This document shows positions 10,665 through 21,440 of a stretch of 64,000 nucleotides of DNA, piece after piece. The notes under the pieces are model-generated. The model saw only the letters and a program-made list of their open reading frames with translations. It was not told the DNA's origin and made no database searches. The translations under genes and the position numbers were made by a program. Positions within the stretch are counted from its first letter, which is position 1. The number at the start of each line of letters is the position of its first letter. Origin of the DNA: an uncultured Spirochaetota bacterium (GTDB taxonomy: Bacteria > Spirochaetota > Spirochaetia > SZUA-6 > Fen-1364); NCBI GenBank assembly GCA_963845535.1, contig CAWJSK010000021.1, positions 64,001 through 128,000 of the forward strand, given 5' to 3'.

Positions 10665-13600
10665 ACATCACGGAGCTTTCGGTCCGGCGTCCCACCGCCA
10701 TCCTCATGGGGATGGTCCTCGTTGTCGGACTCGGCCTCGTGGGATACCTGAACCTCGGGGCGGACCTCTTCCCCGCCGTGGACACGCCCATCATTGCAAT
10801 CCGCTCCACCTACCCCGGCGCCGGGGCGGAGCAGATCGACAAGGACATCATCAAGCCCATCGAGGACGCGGTCTCCGTGGTCAACGGGATCGACACAATG
10901 AGATCTACCTCCGGCGTCGGCTACGGCGTCACGATCATCCAGTTCACCATGTCCACGGACCTGAACGCGGCGCAGGCGGACGTTCAGAAGGCTATCAACG
11001 GGATCACGGACAAGCTGCCCCGTGACGCAACGGCGCCCGTCATCCTCACCTTCGACGTCAACGCGCAGCCCATCCTGATCCTCGCCATCACCGGGGACGT
11101 CACCCCGGAGGAGCTGTACAACCAGGCGGACACGGTGACGCGCGCAATCGAGGCGCTCCCGGGCGTCGGCAGCGTGACCATCGACGGCGGGCAGAAAAAG
11201 CAGCTCCTGGTCACGCTGGACAGGGAAAAGCTGGACTACTACTCAGTCAGCACCCAGACGCTCCTGGCAACGCTCCAGGCCGACAACATGAACGTGCCGG
11301 CTGGCGAGATCAAGCAGAGGTCCCGAGACTTGACCGTCCGCATGCTGGGCGAGTTCGGAAGCGTACAGGAGGTGAGCAACCTCAGGATCCCCACGACCAT
11401 GGGGTCAACGGTCCCGCTCTCCGAAATCGCTCAGGTGAAGCTGGATTACCCCGACCCTGTCCGCTCGGTCCGCCTGAACGGAAAGACGGCCATTGGGATC
11501 GTCGTGCGCAAGCAGAGCAACGCGAACCTCATGGACACCGTCACGGGGATCAAGCGCTCCCTGCCGTCCCTCCAGGCCTCCCTGCTTCCAGGGACCACGC
11601 TCACCGTTGCAAGCGACGCCACGCTGTTCATCTCAGCCTCCCTTGATGAGACCCGGCTGAACCTCCTGGAAAGCATCATCACGACGTCGCTTGTCCTCTT
11701 CCTCTTCCTGCGCAGGTGGAGGTCGTCTCTCATCGTCCTGATTGCCATTCCCTTCTCCCTGGTGGGCACGTTCTTCGCGATGTACCTGTTCCACTTCACG
11801 CTCAACATTGTGAGCCTCATGGCGCTGGGGTTGTGCATCGGGATCCTCGTGGATGATTCCATCGTGATACTGGAGAACGTGGACAGGCACATCCTGCTCG
11901 GTGAGGACGCCCGGACAGCAGCGGTCCGCGGGAGGATGGAGATCGGGCTCGCCGCGGTTGCGATCACGTTGTGCGACGTCGTTGTCTTTGCCCCTATCGC
12001 GTTCCTTTCGGACATCGTCGGGCAGTTCTTCCGCCAGTTCGGCGTGACGGTGGTGGCGGCAACGCTGCTTTCGCTCCTCGTGTCTTTCACGATCACTCCC
12101 ATGATGGCTTCCCGGATGCTTGGCGGCGCCAAGGGCGGGGGGAAAGGCCACCTGGGCGATGACGGCGGCCGCGGAAAGCAACGCGGCGGCGGCGTCCCCG
12201 CAGCGGCCACCTCGACGCCCGCCGGCGGCTTCTTCGAGACCTCGGTGAAGGGAGGCTACCGGAGGTTCCTCCTGTGGTGCCTTGCGAACCGTTGGAAGGT
12301 GATCGGCGCCGTGGCCGTGCTTGTGGCGGCCAGCATCGCCCTCATTCCAATGAAGGTCATCCAGACCGAGTTCCTTCCGACCTTCGACCAGAGCAGGGTG
12401 ATCGTGGACCTGGACCTCGGTCCCGGCGCCACCTTCCCGCAGGTGGATGAAAAGACCGCGGTGGTGGAGCAGCACCTGCTTTCCCTGCCCGAGGTCCAGA
12501 CCGTCTACGCGGGAGTGGGCGGAGCCTCGGCGGGCTCGCGCGCGGAGCTCGTCGTGAAGCTCAAGGACAAGTCCGCGCGGCGCAAGAGCCAGTCCACGGT
12601 GGCGCGGGAGCTGCGGGAGTGGGGCCGAGGCCTGCCCGGAGTGGACTTCTCCGTCACGGAGCCCGGCGTGCTGGACCGCACCTCGATAGAAGGCACCAAG
12701 CCGTTCATCGTCAACGTGACCGGGCCCAACCGCGACATCCTCCGTGACCTGGCGCGCAGGGTGGAGAGCGAGGTGCGGTCCGTGCGCGGCACCGCGGACG
12801 TGGACAACACCATGCGGGCCACGCAGGCGGAGGTGAACGTGATCATCGACCGGCTGGCGGCGGCTGACTACGGGCTCAGCGCCGCGGACGTTGCCGGCGT
12901 TCTGCGCACCGCGCTTGCGGGGGCGGATGCGGGAGTCTACCGCTACGGAGGGGATGAGTTCGACGTGACGGTGCGCTACCGGGAAGACCAGATCCGCACC
13001 CCCTATGACCTGGAGACGTTGTCCATCACGAACCGCCTGGGCCAGCAGATCCCCTGACGCAGGTGGCCCGCATCGTGAAAAGCGACAGCCCGCAACAAGT
13101 GCTGCGGCGCAACAGGCAGAACGTGGCCACCATCACGGCCAACATCCAGGGAAGGCCGCTGGGGGCGGTCACTGCCGACGTGAAGCAGAAACTGGCTGAC
13201 GTCACGCTGCCCCTGGGATACCAGATCATCTACGGAGGTGACTCGCAGTACATGGCCACCTCCTTCCGCTCCCTCGCGTGGGCCCTCGTGGCCTCCATCC
13301 TGCTCGTGTACATGATCCTCGTGGTGCTCTACGAATCCTTCCTGACGCCCATGATCCGCATGCTTTCCATACCCTGCGGCGTCATTGGCGCGTTTGCCGC
13401 CCTTGCCCTGACGGGCAAAGCCATCAACATCTTCGCGTTCATTGGCCTCATCATGCTGGACGGGCTCATCTCCAAGAACGGGACGCTCCTGATCGACTAC
13501 ACGAACACGCTGGTGAAGCGCGGCAAGCCCTTGCGGGAGGCGCTCCTGGAGGCGGGGGTCACGCGGCTTCGCCCCATCCTGATGACCTCGGTGACCATGA

Positions 13601-13812
13601 TCGTCGGCATGATGCCTCTTGCGCTCTCCCTCGGCGCGTCCAGTGAGATACGCTCCGGCATGGCCGTTGTCCTGATTGGCGGCCTTGTCACATCCACGGT
13701 TTTCACGCCGCTGCTCCTGCCTGTCGTCTACACGCTGATCGATGAGGCCCGCGCCGCCGTTCGGGGGAAGCGGTCGGCGCAGGCCCCTGCGACACACGGA
13801 GGTCCCCGATGA
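10661..13812 (+). CDS. AcrB/AcrD/AcrF-family RND permease, read across a -1 frameshift in the C run at 13051-13054
   Basis: SVRRP N-terminus, GILVDDSIV, ISKNGTLL, RLRPILMTS; one added C restores QQIPLTQVAR. Confidence 0.92.
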
Positions 13813-15032
13813 GCCGAGCGCGAGCATTTTCCGCCCTCGCCGTTGCCGTCCTTTGTGCGGGGTGCGCGCCCGCCCGCCAGGCTCCTCAGGAAGCCCCGCG
13901 AACCGTTACCGTGGTTGCGGCGCGCCGCCAGGCCTTGTCCATCACCCAGGAATACGCGGCTCGGATCAAGGCGCATGAGGAGGTGGTGGTCAGCTCGAAG
14001 ATCTCGGGTCGGGTGGCAAGCACCCGCGCCGAGGTGGGCCAGCGGGTCAGAAGGGGACAGGTGCTCTTCACCCTCGAGGCAAAAGACTTCGACGCGCAGT
14101 ACCGCCAGGCAAAAGCCGTCCTGGAAAGCGCCCGCGCCAACCTTACGCGGACAAGCGACTCCTCCCTGTCCTCCCAGGTCCTGCAAGCCCAGTCCGCGGT
14201 CCGCCAGGCGCAGGTCCAGTACGACGAGGCAAAAGACATCTCGGAGCGGACGAAAAAGATGTTTGATGACGGGACCGTGGCCCGACAGCAGCTCGACTCG
14301 GCGCAGGCCAGGTTTCACAGCGCGGAGATTGCGCTGGGCACGGCCAAGGACAACCTTTCCCTCATCCAGGAGAAGGGCGGTCCGCAGTCCACGGGAGTCG
14401 CCTCGACCCAGGTGGAACAGGCCCAGGCTGCGCTGGACCTTGCGCAGTCCCAGCTGGACAACGCGGTGATCAGCTCACCCATCACGGGCGCGGTGGCGGC
14501 CCGCAACGTGGACGCCGGGGAGGTTGTTTCCAGCTCGGTGCCCGCGTTCGTGATCATCGACACGAGCACGGTAAGCGCGGAAGCGAGCGTCTCCCAGGAC
14601 ATGGTGCAGCGAATCCGTGTTGGGGAGACTGTCACCGTCACCGTGGACACCGCGGACAAGCCGGAGCGCATCCCGGGCGCGGTGGACACCATCAGCCCCG
14701 CGGCAGATCCGCGTTCACAGGGCTACCTCATCAAGGTGGCGGTCAAAAACACGAACGGGGACCTCAGGCCGGGGATGTTCGCTCGAGTGTCATTCCCCGT
14801 AGAGGACAGGGCCAGCGTCCTCGTCGTCCCCAACAACGCCATCGTCACCGAGACGGGCGTGGACTACGTGTATTCGGTGGTTGACGGCACGGTGAAGAAG
14901 GCGGCGGTAGAGACCGGGGCGGCAACTGACGCGGTGACCGAAATCACCTCCGGCCTCAGGGACGGAACGCTGGTCGTCACGGAAGGGCAGACCTTTCTCA
15001 ATGACGGCCAGAAAGTCCGGCCCGTGGAGTGA
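13809..15032 (+). CDS. RND periplasmic adaptor (membrane fusion protein), probable lipoprotein
   Basis: CAGC lipobox-like; SKISGRV..GQ.V..GQVL; long hairpin; SPITG; LRPGMFAR. Confidence 0.92.
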   Translation: MSRARAFSALAVAVLCAGCAPARQAPQEAPRTVTVVAARRQALSITQEYAARIKAHEEVVVSSKISGRVASTRAEVGQRVRRGQVLFTLEAKDFDAQYRQAKAVLESARANLTRTSDSSLSSQVLQAQSAVRQAQVQYDEAKDISERTKKMFDDGTVARQQLDSAQARFHSAEIALGTAKDNLSLIQEKGGPQSTGVASTQVEQAQAALDLAQSQLDNAVISSPITGAVAARNVDAGEVVSSSVPAFVIIDTSTVSAEASVSQDMVQRIRVGETVTVTVDTADKPERIPGAVDTISPAADPRSQGYLIKVAVKNTNGDLRPGMFARVSFPVEDRASVLVVPNNAIVTETGVDYVYSVVDGTVKKAAVETGAATDAVTEITSGLRDGTLVVTEGQTFLNDGQKVRPVE

Positions 15033-15060
15033 CTCAAGCGTCTCTGATACAATCCGGGGC

Positions 15061-16350
15061 GTGAAAAGAAACGCACTCGTCGCGCAGTCCGGCGGACCGT
15101 CGCCGGTCATCAATTCATCACTCCAGGGGGTAATCGAAGCCTGCCGCGAGCACTCCGACCACATCGGCACGCTGTACGCGGCCTGGCACGGTATTGAAGG
15201 CGTGCTGCTGGAGGAGCTTTTCGACGTGGGCAGGCAGGCTTCCTCGGAGATCAAGCTGCTGGGGACAACTCCCGCGGCGGGGGTTGTGGGCACCTGTCGG
15301 TACAAGCTGACCTCGGGGCAGGCGGAGGATTTCGAGCGCATTGTCGATGTCATCCGGGCTCACGACATCGGCTATTTCTTCTATATTGGCGGAAACGATT
15401 CGATGGACACCGCAGCCAAGGTTTCGAAGCTCGCGCGGGAGCGCGGAGTGGAGCTGGTCGTTGCGGGTGTTCCCAAGACCATCGACAACGATATCGGAGA
15501 CGCCGAGTTCAAGATCATCGACCACACCCCGGGATATGGCAGCGCCGCCCGGTATTGGGCCTCCCTCATCCAGAACATGGAGGAAGAGAACCGGGGCATG
15601 TGCGTCTCTGAGCCTGTGGCGGTGCTGCAAGCCATGGGGAGGAAGTCCGGCTTCATCACGGCTGCCTCCCGGCTCGGTGACCCGGAGCGCAGGATGCCCC
15701 TTCAGCTCTACATGGCGGAAACCGGACACACCCTTGCAAGCCTCCACGAAAACGTGAACCGGCAGCTTGCAAAGACAGGCAGGTGCATCGTAGTGGTCAA
15801 TGAGGGGTTCGACGTGGGGGGAGTCGGGGAAAGGCATGACGGCTTCGGCCACGTGGAGTACGGGGCCAGCAGGACCACGGCGTCCCAGGCTGTGGTTAAC
15901 TACCTGAACGAGAAAGGGCTTGCGGTTCGCGGCCAGGCCACCGGCCAGCTTCCCGGCGTGATCCAGCGGTCCGTTTCCATCCATGCCTCCACCGTTGACA
16001 TCAAGGAAGCACGGGAAGTCGGACAGCAGGCGGTCTCCATTGCGCTTCGGGACGGCACGGGCTGGATGGCCACCATCCTGAGAAGACCCGGCAGCTCCTA
16101 TGGAGTGTACTATGACAAAATCCCGCTGGAGAAAGTCGCCAACTCCTCACGGTTCCTGCCGGCCGGTTGGATCACGAAGGACGGGATGGATGTGACGGAT
16201 GACTTCATCCGCTACGCGGCGCCGCTCATTGGAGAAGGAGACCCTGACATTCCCCGAGAGAAGGGGCTGCAGAGGTTCGCCAGGTTCGACATCAAGTTCG
16301 TCGACAAGAAGCTGCCCGCGTACGCTCCCGTACGGTTCCGCCCCGCATAG
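15061..16350 (+). CDS. pfp: Pyrophosphate-dependent 6-phosphofructokinase
   Basis: AQSGGPSPVIN, GGNDS (Asp typical of PPi use), PKTIDND, MGR; GTG start at 15061. Confidence 0.87.
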   Translation: MKRNALVAQSGGPSPVINSSLQGVIEACREHSDHIGTLYAAWHGIEGVLLEELFDVGRQASSEIKLLGTTPAAGVVGTCRYKLTSGQAEDFERIVDVIRAHDIGYFFYIGGNDSMDTAAKVSKLARERGVELVVAGVPKTIDNDIGDAEFKIIDHTPGYGSAARYWASLIQNMEEENRGMCVSEPVAVLQAMGRKSGFITAASRLGDPERRMPLQLYMAETGHTLASLHENVNRQLAKTGRCIVVVNEGFDVGGVGERHDGFGHVEYGASRTTASQAVVNYLNEKGLAVRGQATGQLPGVIQRSVSIHASTVDIKEAREVGQQAVSIALRDGTGWMATILRRPGSSYGVYYDKIPLEKVANSSRFLPAGWITKDGMDVTDDFIRYAAPLIGEGDPDIPREKGLQRFARFDIKFVDKKLPAYAPVRFRPA

Positions 16351-16409
16351 CTGGACATGGGTATACGCAATCGACTGGCTCGCATTCTCTCCCTCCGTGG
16401 CTGAACCCA

Positions 16410-16473
16410 CGCACCTATCAAAAACGCGATCTTTGCAGGTTTTTGGACACTATTGGTCTTTTTTATAGGTGCG
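16410..16473. repeat. AT-rich 64-bp element with terminal inverted repeats (MITE/IS-scar-like; may also act as a bidirectional terminator)
   Basis: CGCACCTATCAAAAA ... TTTTTTATAGGTGCG between convergent genes. Confidence 0.55.
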
Positions 16474-16519
16474 AGCCACGAGTCTGCCGGTGAAGCCCGA
16501 ACCTGTCCAGAATCGCCAT
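16463..16519 (-). pseudogene. Possible truncated 5' remnant of a short-chain dehydrogenase
   Basis: Strong SD AGGAGG (16525-16530) then ATG: MAILDRFGL, continuing TGR after a one-base shift; resembles SDR N-termini; ends at the inverted-repeat element. Confidence 0.4.
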
Positions 16520-16530
16520 ACCTTCCTCCT

Positions 16531-17538
16531 TCAGATTGATTCCTCGTTCGGGAAGACCATCACTTTCATTGCGTTCTGGCTCCTGTCCTCGATCTTGTGG
16601 ATCCCGCCCTCGAAGCCCTCCAGAGGCACGCGGTGTGAGACGAGGTCATCCACGCGCACGCGCCCCGAGCCAATGAGCGCCAGCGCCTGGAGGCTGTTTC
16701 TCCGTGACGTGTAGGAGGCGAAAATCGACAACCCCTTGCGGAACACCTGGAACGGCTCAATGGTCGCCGTCTTTCCCTGTGGTGAGACGCCGAACATCAG
16801 GATCCGCCCGCCGGGGCGCGCCAGACGGATGGCCTGGGAAAGCATGGGAGGCGCGCCGGTGGCATCGATCACGACATCGAAGCGGTCCGACGGCAGAGAG
16901 GCAACGTCCGTTGTTGCTTCGGCAATCCCGTCCCGCCGCGCGGCCGCCAGGCGTTCCTCACTCAACTCGGCAACGGTGAACCGCGCGGCCCCCCAGGATC
17001 GGGCGGTCCGGATCAGAAGCATTCCAATGGGGCCGGTCCCTATCACGGCAACGTTGTCAGCCAGCCTGATGCCGACCGACTCAATTCCGTGGAGCACGCA
17101 GGAAAGCGGCTCCATGAAAGCAGCCCGGTCAAAGGGAACCTCCCCGGCGTCGAAGACAACTTTCTCAGGGGCAAGCACGTACTGGGCCATGGCCCCCGGA
17201 CGCGTCACGCCGACCGCCTGCCAGTTCTCACAAAAGTTCTGCCGGTTGTTGAGGCACGCCGCACAATTATCGCAGCTGATGTTGGGCTCCACGGCAACGC
17301 GGGCACCGGGGGCAAACCGGGTGACCTTCTCCCCGACCTCGACAACGACGCCGGAAAACTCGTGGCCGGGAGTCATGGGATACGAGCCCAGGTATTCCCC
17401 GTGGTAGATGTGGACGTCCGTCCCGCAGATGCCGCTCGCCATGACTTTCACCAGCACCTCATCCGGGCGGCTGACACGGAGCGCTTCGTGCTCATGCACC
17501 TTGACGGTGCCCGGCTTTTCGATGACCGCGGATTTCAT
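16531..17538 (-). CDS. Zn-dependent polyol/polyol-phosphate dehydrogenase (MDR family)
   Basis: CGTDVH, GHE, structural Zn CDNCAAC.......C, GTGPIG. Confidence 0.9.
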   Translation of the reverse strand: MKSAVIEKPGTVKVHEHEALRVSRPDEVLVKVMASGICGTDVHIYHGEYLGSYPMTPGHEFSGVVVEVGEKVTRFAPGARVAVEPNISCDNCAACLNNRQNFCENWQAVGVTRPGAMAQYVLAPEKVVFDAGEVPFDRAAFMEPLSCVLHGIESVGIRLADNVAVIGTGPIGMLLIRTARSWGAARFTVAELSEERLAAARRDGIAEATTDVASLPSDRFDVVIDATGAPPMLSQAIRLARPGGRILMFGVSPQGKTATIEPFQVFRKGLSIFASYTSRRNSLQALALIGSGRVRVDDLVSHRVPLEGFEGGIHKIEDRSQNAMKVMVFPNEESI

Positions 17539-17551
17539 ATCACCTCCTGTT

Positions 17552-18379
17552 TCATCCTTTCACGGCGCCCATCGTCAGGCCTTTCACCAGGGAGCGCTGG
17601 GCCAGCCAGCCCAGGACCATGGGAGGAAGCACAACGAGCGTCGAGATTGCGCACAGCTTTGCCCAGAACAAGCCCTGCTGGGTCATGAAGCTCGCCATGT
17701 ACACCGGCACGGTTGCCGCGTGCACGTAGGTCAGATTGATGGAGAAGAAGAACTCGTTCCATACGAAGATGAACACGAGAAGCCCCGTGGAGATGATCCC
17801 CTGGCGCGCGAGGGGCAGGATGATGCTGAAGAACGAGCCGAGGCGCGAGGAACCGTCGATGTCGGAGGACTCCAGGATCTCCCGCGGCACGTCGAGAAGG
17901 AATGACCTCGTCATCCAGATCACAATGGGGATGTTGACGCCGGTGTAGATGAGGATCATGCCGCCCAGGGTGTCCAGGAGTCCGGAGAGCCGGAGCAGGA
18001 GGAAGACCGGCACGATCACCGCCACCGGCGGCAGCAGCGTTGTGGAAATGAACCAGAAGAAGAGCTTCTCCGAGTGACGCAGCCTCCCGAACACAAGGGC
18101 ATAGGTCACCGGCACCCCAAAGGCCAGGCACGCGAAAACAGAAGAGACGGAGATCACCGCGGAGTCCAGGATGTAGCGGACAATATCGTGACGAAGCACG
18201 ATGGCGTAGTTCTCCAGCGTCGGGTGCGCAATCCAGAGGGAAGGCGGCAGGACGTCCGCTTCCCCCTTGAAGCTCGTGATCAGCATGTACAGGAGGGGGA
18301 AGCACCACAGGATGGCGACGAGCCATATCAGGAAAATACCCGGGATTCGGCGCAACGCGCGTCCCTTTCGGCTTCTCAT
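17552..18379 (-). CDS. Carbohydrate ABC permease (SmoG/MtlG-like)
   Basis: EAA-like loop ESSDIDG; FIFVWNEFF; GLTMGAVKG. Confidence 0.92.
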   Translation of the reverse strand: MRSRKGRALRRIPGIFLIWLVAILWCFPLLYMLITSFKGEADVLPPSLWIAHPTLENYAIVLRHDIVRYILDSAVISVSSVFACLAFGVPVTYALVFGRLRHSEKLFFWFISTTLLPPVAVIVPVFLLLRLSGLLDTLGGMILIYTGVNIPIVIWMTRSFLLDVPREILESSDIDGSSRLGSFFSIILPLARQGIISTGLLVFIFVWNEFFFSINLTYVHAATVPVYMASFMTQQGLFWAKLCAISTLVVLPPMVLGWLAQRSLVKGLTMGAVKG

Positions 18380-19260
18380 GCCGTCTCACCAATCCGCCGC
18401 CGAAACCAGCGGAACAGCGCCGTGATGGCCAACAGCGTGATGACGACCGTCACCACCGCCACGGCTGCGGCGTGGCCGACGTCCCACCCCAGGAACGCGG
18501 TCTTGTACACGTAATAGGGAAGGTTCGCGGAGGAGTACCCCGGACCCCCGCGGGTGGTCACGAAGATGATCCCGAACACCTTGAGCACGAAGATCAGGCC
18601 CAGAAGGATGGCAACCTCGATATGGTTCATGATGACGGGGATCCGGATGGAAACCAGCTCGCGCAGCCATCCGGTCCCGTCCACGCGCGCGCTGTCCATG
18701 ACTTCCGGGGGAATGTTCTGCAGCCCGGCCAGGATGATCAGCACGAAGAACGGCGTCCACTGCCAGACAATCAGGATGACAATGGTGAGGAGGGAGTGGA
18801 CCCCGAAAAAGTCGAACGGCTTCGTCCCCAGGAGCGAGGCGAAGTACCCGTTCCACCCGAAGGAGGAATTGAGGATGATGGCGCGCCAGATGATGCCTGC
18901 CACGGCATCCATCACGAAGAACGGAGAAATGATGAGCGTGCGCACGACGTTCACGCCGGGGAAGTCGCGGTTCAGCATGAGGCTGAAAAGAATCCCCAGC
19001 ACCGTGCAGATCACCAGTGAAACCACCGTGATGAGGGCGGTATTGAGCACCACCTGGTAGAAGTCCCAGGACGTGAAGATTTCACCGTAGTTGTCCAGGC
19101 CGATGAACGTGATGCCCAGGTCCGGCCGCACGATGATCCAACGCACCAGGGACATCCCGAGCGTGGCCAGGATGGGGGCCTGGGTGACCACCGCCACGAT
19201 CACGATGGCCGGCAGGGACAGGAGCGTGGACCGTCTGCGCTTTCCGGGGATGTCGTTCAC
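18376..19260 (-). CDS. Carbohydrate ABC permease (SmoF/MtlF-like)
   Basis: FIGLDNY, WQWTPF, DSARVDG. Confidence 0.92.
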   Translation of the reverse strand: MNDIPGKRRRSTLLSLPAIVIVAVVTQAPILATLGMSLVRWIIVRPDLGITFIGLDNYGEIFTSWDFYQVVLNTALITVVSLVICTVLGILFSLMLNRDFPGVNVVRTLIISPFFVMDAVAGIIWRAIILNSSFGWNGYFASLLGTKPFDFFGVHSLLTIVILIVWQWTPFFVLIILAGLQNIPPEVMDSARVDGTGWLRELVSIRIPVIMNHIEVAILLGLIFVLKVFGIIFVTTRGGPGYSSANLPYYVYKTAFLGWDVGHAAAVAVVTVVITLLAITALFRWFRRRIGETA

Positions 19261-19264
19261 GGGG

Positions 19265-20629
19265 TCACCTGAGGTAGCCGCCGTCGCGGGCCACTTTCAG
19301 CGCCGCTGCCTGGGAGTTCGAAAGCGCCTGCTCGAGCGGTTCACGTCCGGAGATGTACGCGGCCAGCTGCTGGGAGACGGCTTCGCCAAGACTCTGGAAC
19401 TCGGGGATGGAGACGTATTGCAAGCCCTTGTAGGGCACCGGCGGGAGTGACGGATGGTCATAATCCGCTTCCTCGATGGACTTCAAAACGATCCTCGCAA
19501 AAGGAGCCGCGGCCAGGTAGTTGGGGTTGCTGTACGTGGATGCCCGGGTCCCCGGCGGGACCTGCGCCCAACCGATGCGTGCCCCCACCAGGGCGATATA
19601 CTTCCTGTCCGTTGCCCAGGTAAGAAACCGGAAGGCCGCCTCCTGGTGCCGGGAGGAGGACTCTATCCCCAGCGCCCACGCCCAGAGCCAACCGGTGTTG
19701 CCCCGCCGCGCGGAAGGCGCAAAGGCGTAGCCAATACGGCCTGCCACTTTCGAGTCGCGGGCCTCGAGCGCCCCCGCCGACACGGTGGCGTCATACCACA
19801 TTGCCGCCTTCCCGCTTTGCATGATGGCAAGGCACTCGGTGTAGCCGTCCGTTGTCGGCGTGGGCTCCCCTGCGTCGGCGAGGAGCCTCTTGTAGAACCG
19901 CCACGCCTCGGCCATCGGCGGCTCGTCGAACGTCGGGCGCCAGTTCTGGTCGAACCAACGGCCGCCGAACGCGTTGACCACGGTGTCGAATGGAGCGAGG
20001 ACCTCCCCCCACCCGGGGAGCCCTCGGAGCACGATCCCGTAGCCGCCATTTTCGAAGCCCCGGAGGCGCACGGCAAAATCGTATATCTGCCGCCAGGTCG
20101 GCCTTGGCGGCATGACAAGCCCCGCTGTGGCGAAGAGATCCTTTCTATAAAACATCATGCTGCTCTCCCCGTAGAAGGGCAGGGCGTACAGCCGGCCCTC
20201 ATAGGAAAGGGCCGCGCGGACGGTCGGAAGAAGGTCGTCACGCGCGTAGGCGCTTCTCTCCGTTTCGCTCATCCTGTCAAACAAGGGCTCGAGGGGAACG
20301 AGCCACTGGTTCTTTCCCCAGATCGGCGCGTCGTAGGTCCCGATGGTCACCACGTCGTACTTGCCTGAGCCCAGGCCGACGTCCTCCGTGACCTTCTGGC
20401 GGAGCTCGTTCTCCGGCAGCACGACGAAGTTCAATTGTATCCCCGTTGATGCCGTGAAGTCCGCCGACAGTTGCTGCATGACGGCCATGTCCGGATTGTT
20501 CACCGTGGCGACGGTGAGAGACGATGCGCCTGCCCCCTCCGCGGCGCCGCGCGCGGACAACGGCACGGTCCCTGCCGCAATGCAGGCGAGGATGAGGACA
20601 ACGGCCTTCTCGCGGGAGGTTCGTGTCAT
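19265..20629 (-). CDS. Polyol ABC substrate-binding protein (SmoE/MtlE-like), paralogue 1
   Basis: VATVNNPDM, LPENELR, PFYGESS, LRGLPGWGE, WLWAWAL, VPPGTR, IPEFQ; start 20629 or 20641. Confidence 0.9.
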   Translation of the reverse strand: MTRTSREKAVVLILACIAAGTVPLSARGAAEGAGASSLTVATVNNPDMAVMQQLSADFTASTGIQLNFVVLPENELRQKVTEDVGLGSGKYDVVTIGTYDAPIWGKNQWLVPLEPLFDRMSETERSAYARDDLLPTVRAALSYEGRLYALPFYGESSMMFYRKDLFATAGLVMPPRPTWRQIYDFAVRLRGFENGGYGIVLRGLPGWGEVLAPFDTVVNAFGGRWFDQNWRPTFDEPPMAEAWRFYKRLLADAGEPTPTTDGYTECLAIMQSGKAAMWYDATVSAGALEARDSKVAGRIGYAFAPSARRGNTGWLWAWALGIESSSRHQEAAFRFLTWATDRKYIALVGARIGWAQVPPGTRASTYSNPNYLAAAPFARIVLKSIEEADYDHPSLPPVPYKGLQYVSIPEFQSLGEAVSQQLAAYISGREPLEQALSNSQAAALKVARDGGYLR

Positions 20630-20639
20630 ACCGCCTGCC

Positions 20640-20708
20640 ATCCTATCGCGCGGACAGGCGGAGCGGAAGTTACCGCGGTACTGCCGCGGGCAGTATTAGT
20701 ACTAGTAC
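20640..20708 (-). promoter_or_regulatory. Candidate response-regulator site and -10 box of the left polyol operon
   Basis: Minus strand GTACTAGTAC-N17-GTACCGCGGTAACTTCC-N19-TAGGAT; near-identical copy at 22699-22742. Confidence 0.75.
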
Positions 20709-20713
20709 TGCTG

Positions 20714-21418
20714 TCAGGCGTCCGGGCCGAAGTATTCCTTCAGCGAATTGGCGAGCTTCATGGCCTGCATCCTGTTGTGGACGTGAAGCTTGGAGTAGAT
20801 GACGCTCACGTGATTCTTCACCGTCTGCTCCGCGATGGAAAGCTTTCGGGCAATGCGGACGTTGTCGGCGCCCGTCCCTATCAGCCGCAGGATCTCGATC
20901 TCTCGTTTGCTCAGGTAGCGCAGGAAAGACCCGTCGGGGAGCGGACGCGGACGGGCTTCCGTCCCTTCCTCCGCCTTCCCCTCCCCTTCGCGCATCCGCA
21001 GCAGCTTGTTGGCCACCTGGGGGGAGATGATGATGGAACCCTTGCAGACCGCTCGAAGAGAGACAATGAGGTCCGCCGGCGGCATGTCTTTCAGCATGTA
21101 GCCCGCGGCCCCGTGGTTGAGCGCTTCCACGACGTATTCATCATCATCGAACGTCGTGAGCATGAGGACGTGGATGTCCGGATACGTCTCATGGATGATC
21201 TTGGTGGCCTCCACGCCGTCCATCTCCGGCATTCGGACGTCCATGAGGATGATGTCGGGGTGCTTTTCCATGACGAGCTGGATGGCTTCCCGCCCCGTGC
21301 CCGCCACGCCAACCACTTCGAAGTCCTCCGCGCGGGTCTCCAGCACCGTGCGGAGGCTTTCGACAAAGAGGACCTGGTCATCAGCCAGGAGGACCCTGAT
21401 CCTTGTGGCGGCGCCCAT
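20714..21418 (-). CDS. NarL/LuxR-family response regulator
   Basis: LADDQ, MDVRMP, LTTFDDD; LSKREIEIL..TVKNHVS.IYSKL HTH. Confidence 0.95.
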   Translation of the reverse strand: MGAATRIRVLLADDQVLFVESLRTVLETRAEDFEVVGVAGTGREAIQLVMEKHPDIILMDVRMPEMDGVEATKIIHETYPDIHVLMLTTFDDDEYVVEALNHGAAGYMLKDMPPADLIVSLRAVCKGSIIISPQVANKLLRMREGEGKAEEGTEARPRPLPDGSFLRYLSKREIEILRLIGTGADNVRIARKLSIAEQTVKNHVSVIYSKLHVHNRMQAMKLANSLKEYFGPDA

Positions 21419-21440
21419 CAGACAGCTCTCTCCAGCCCGT

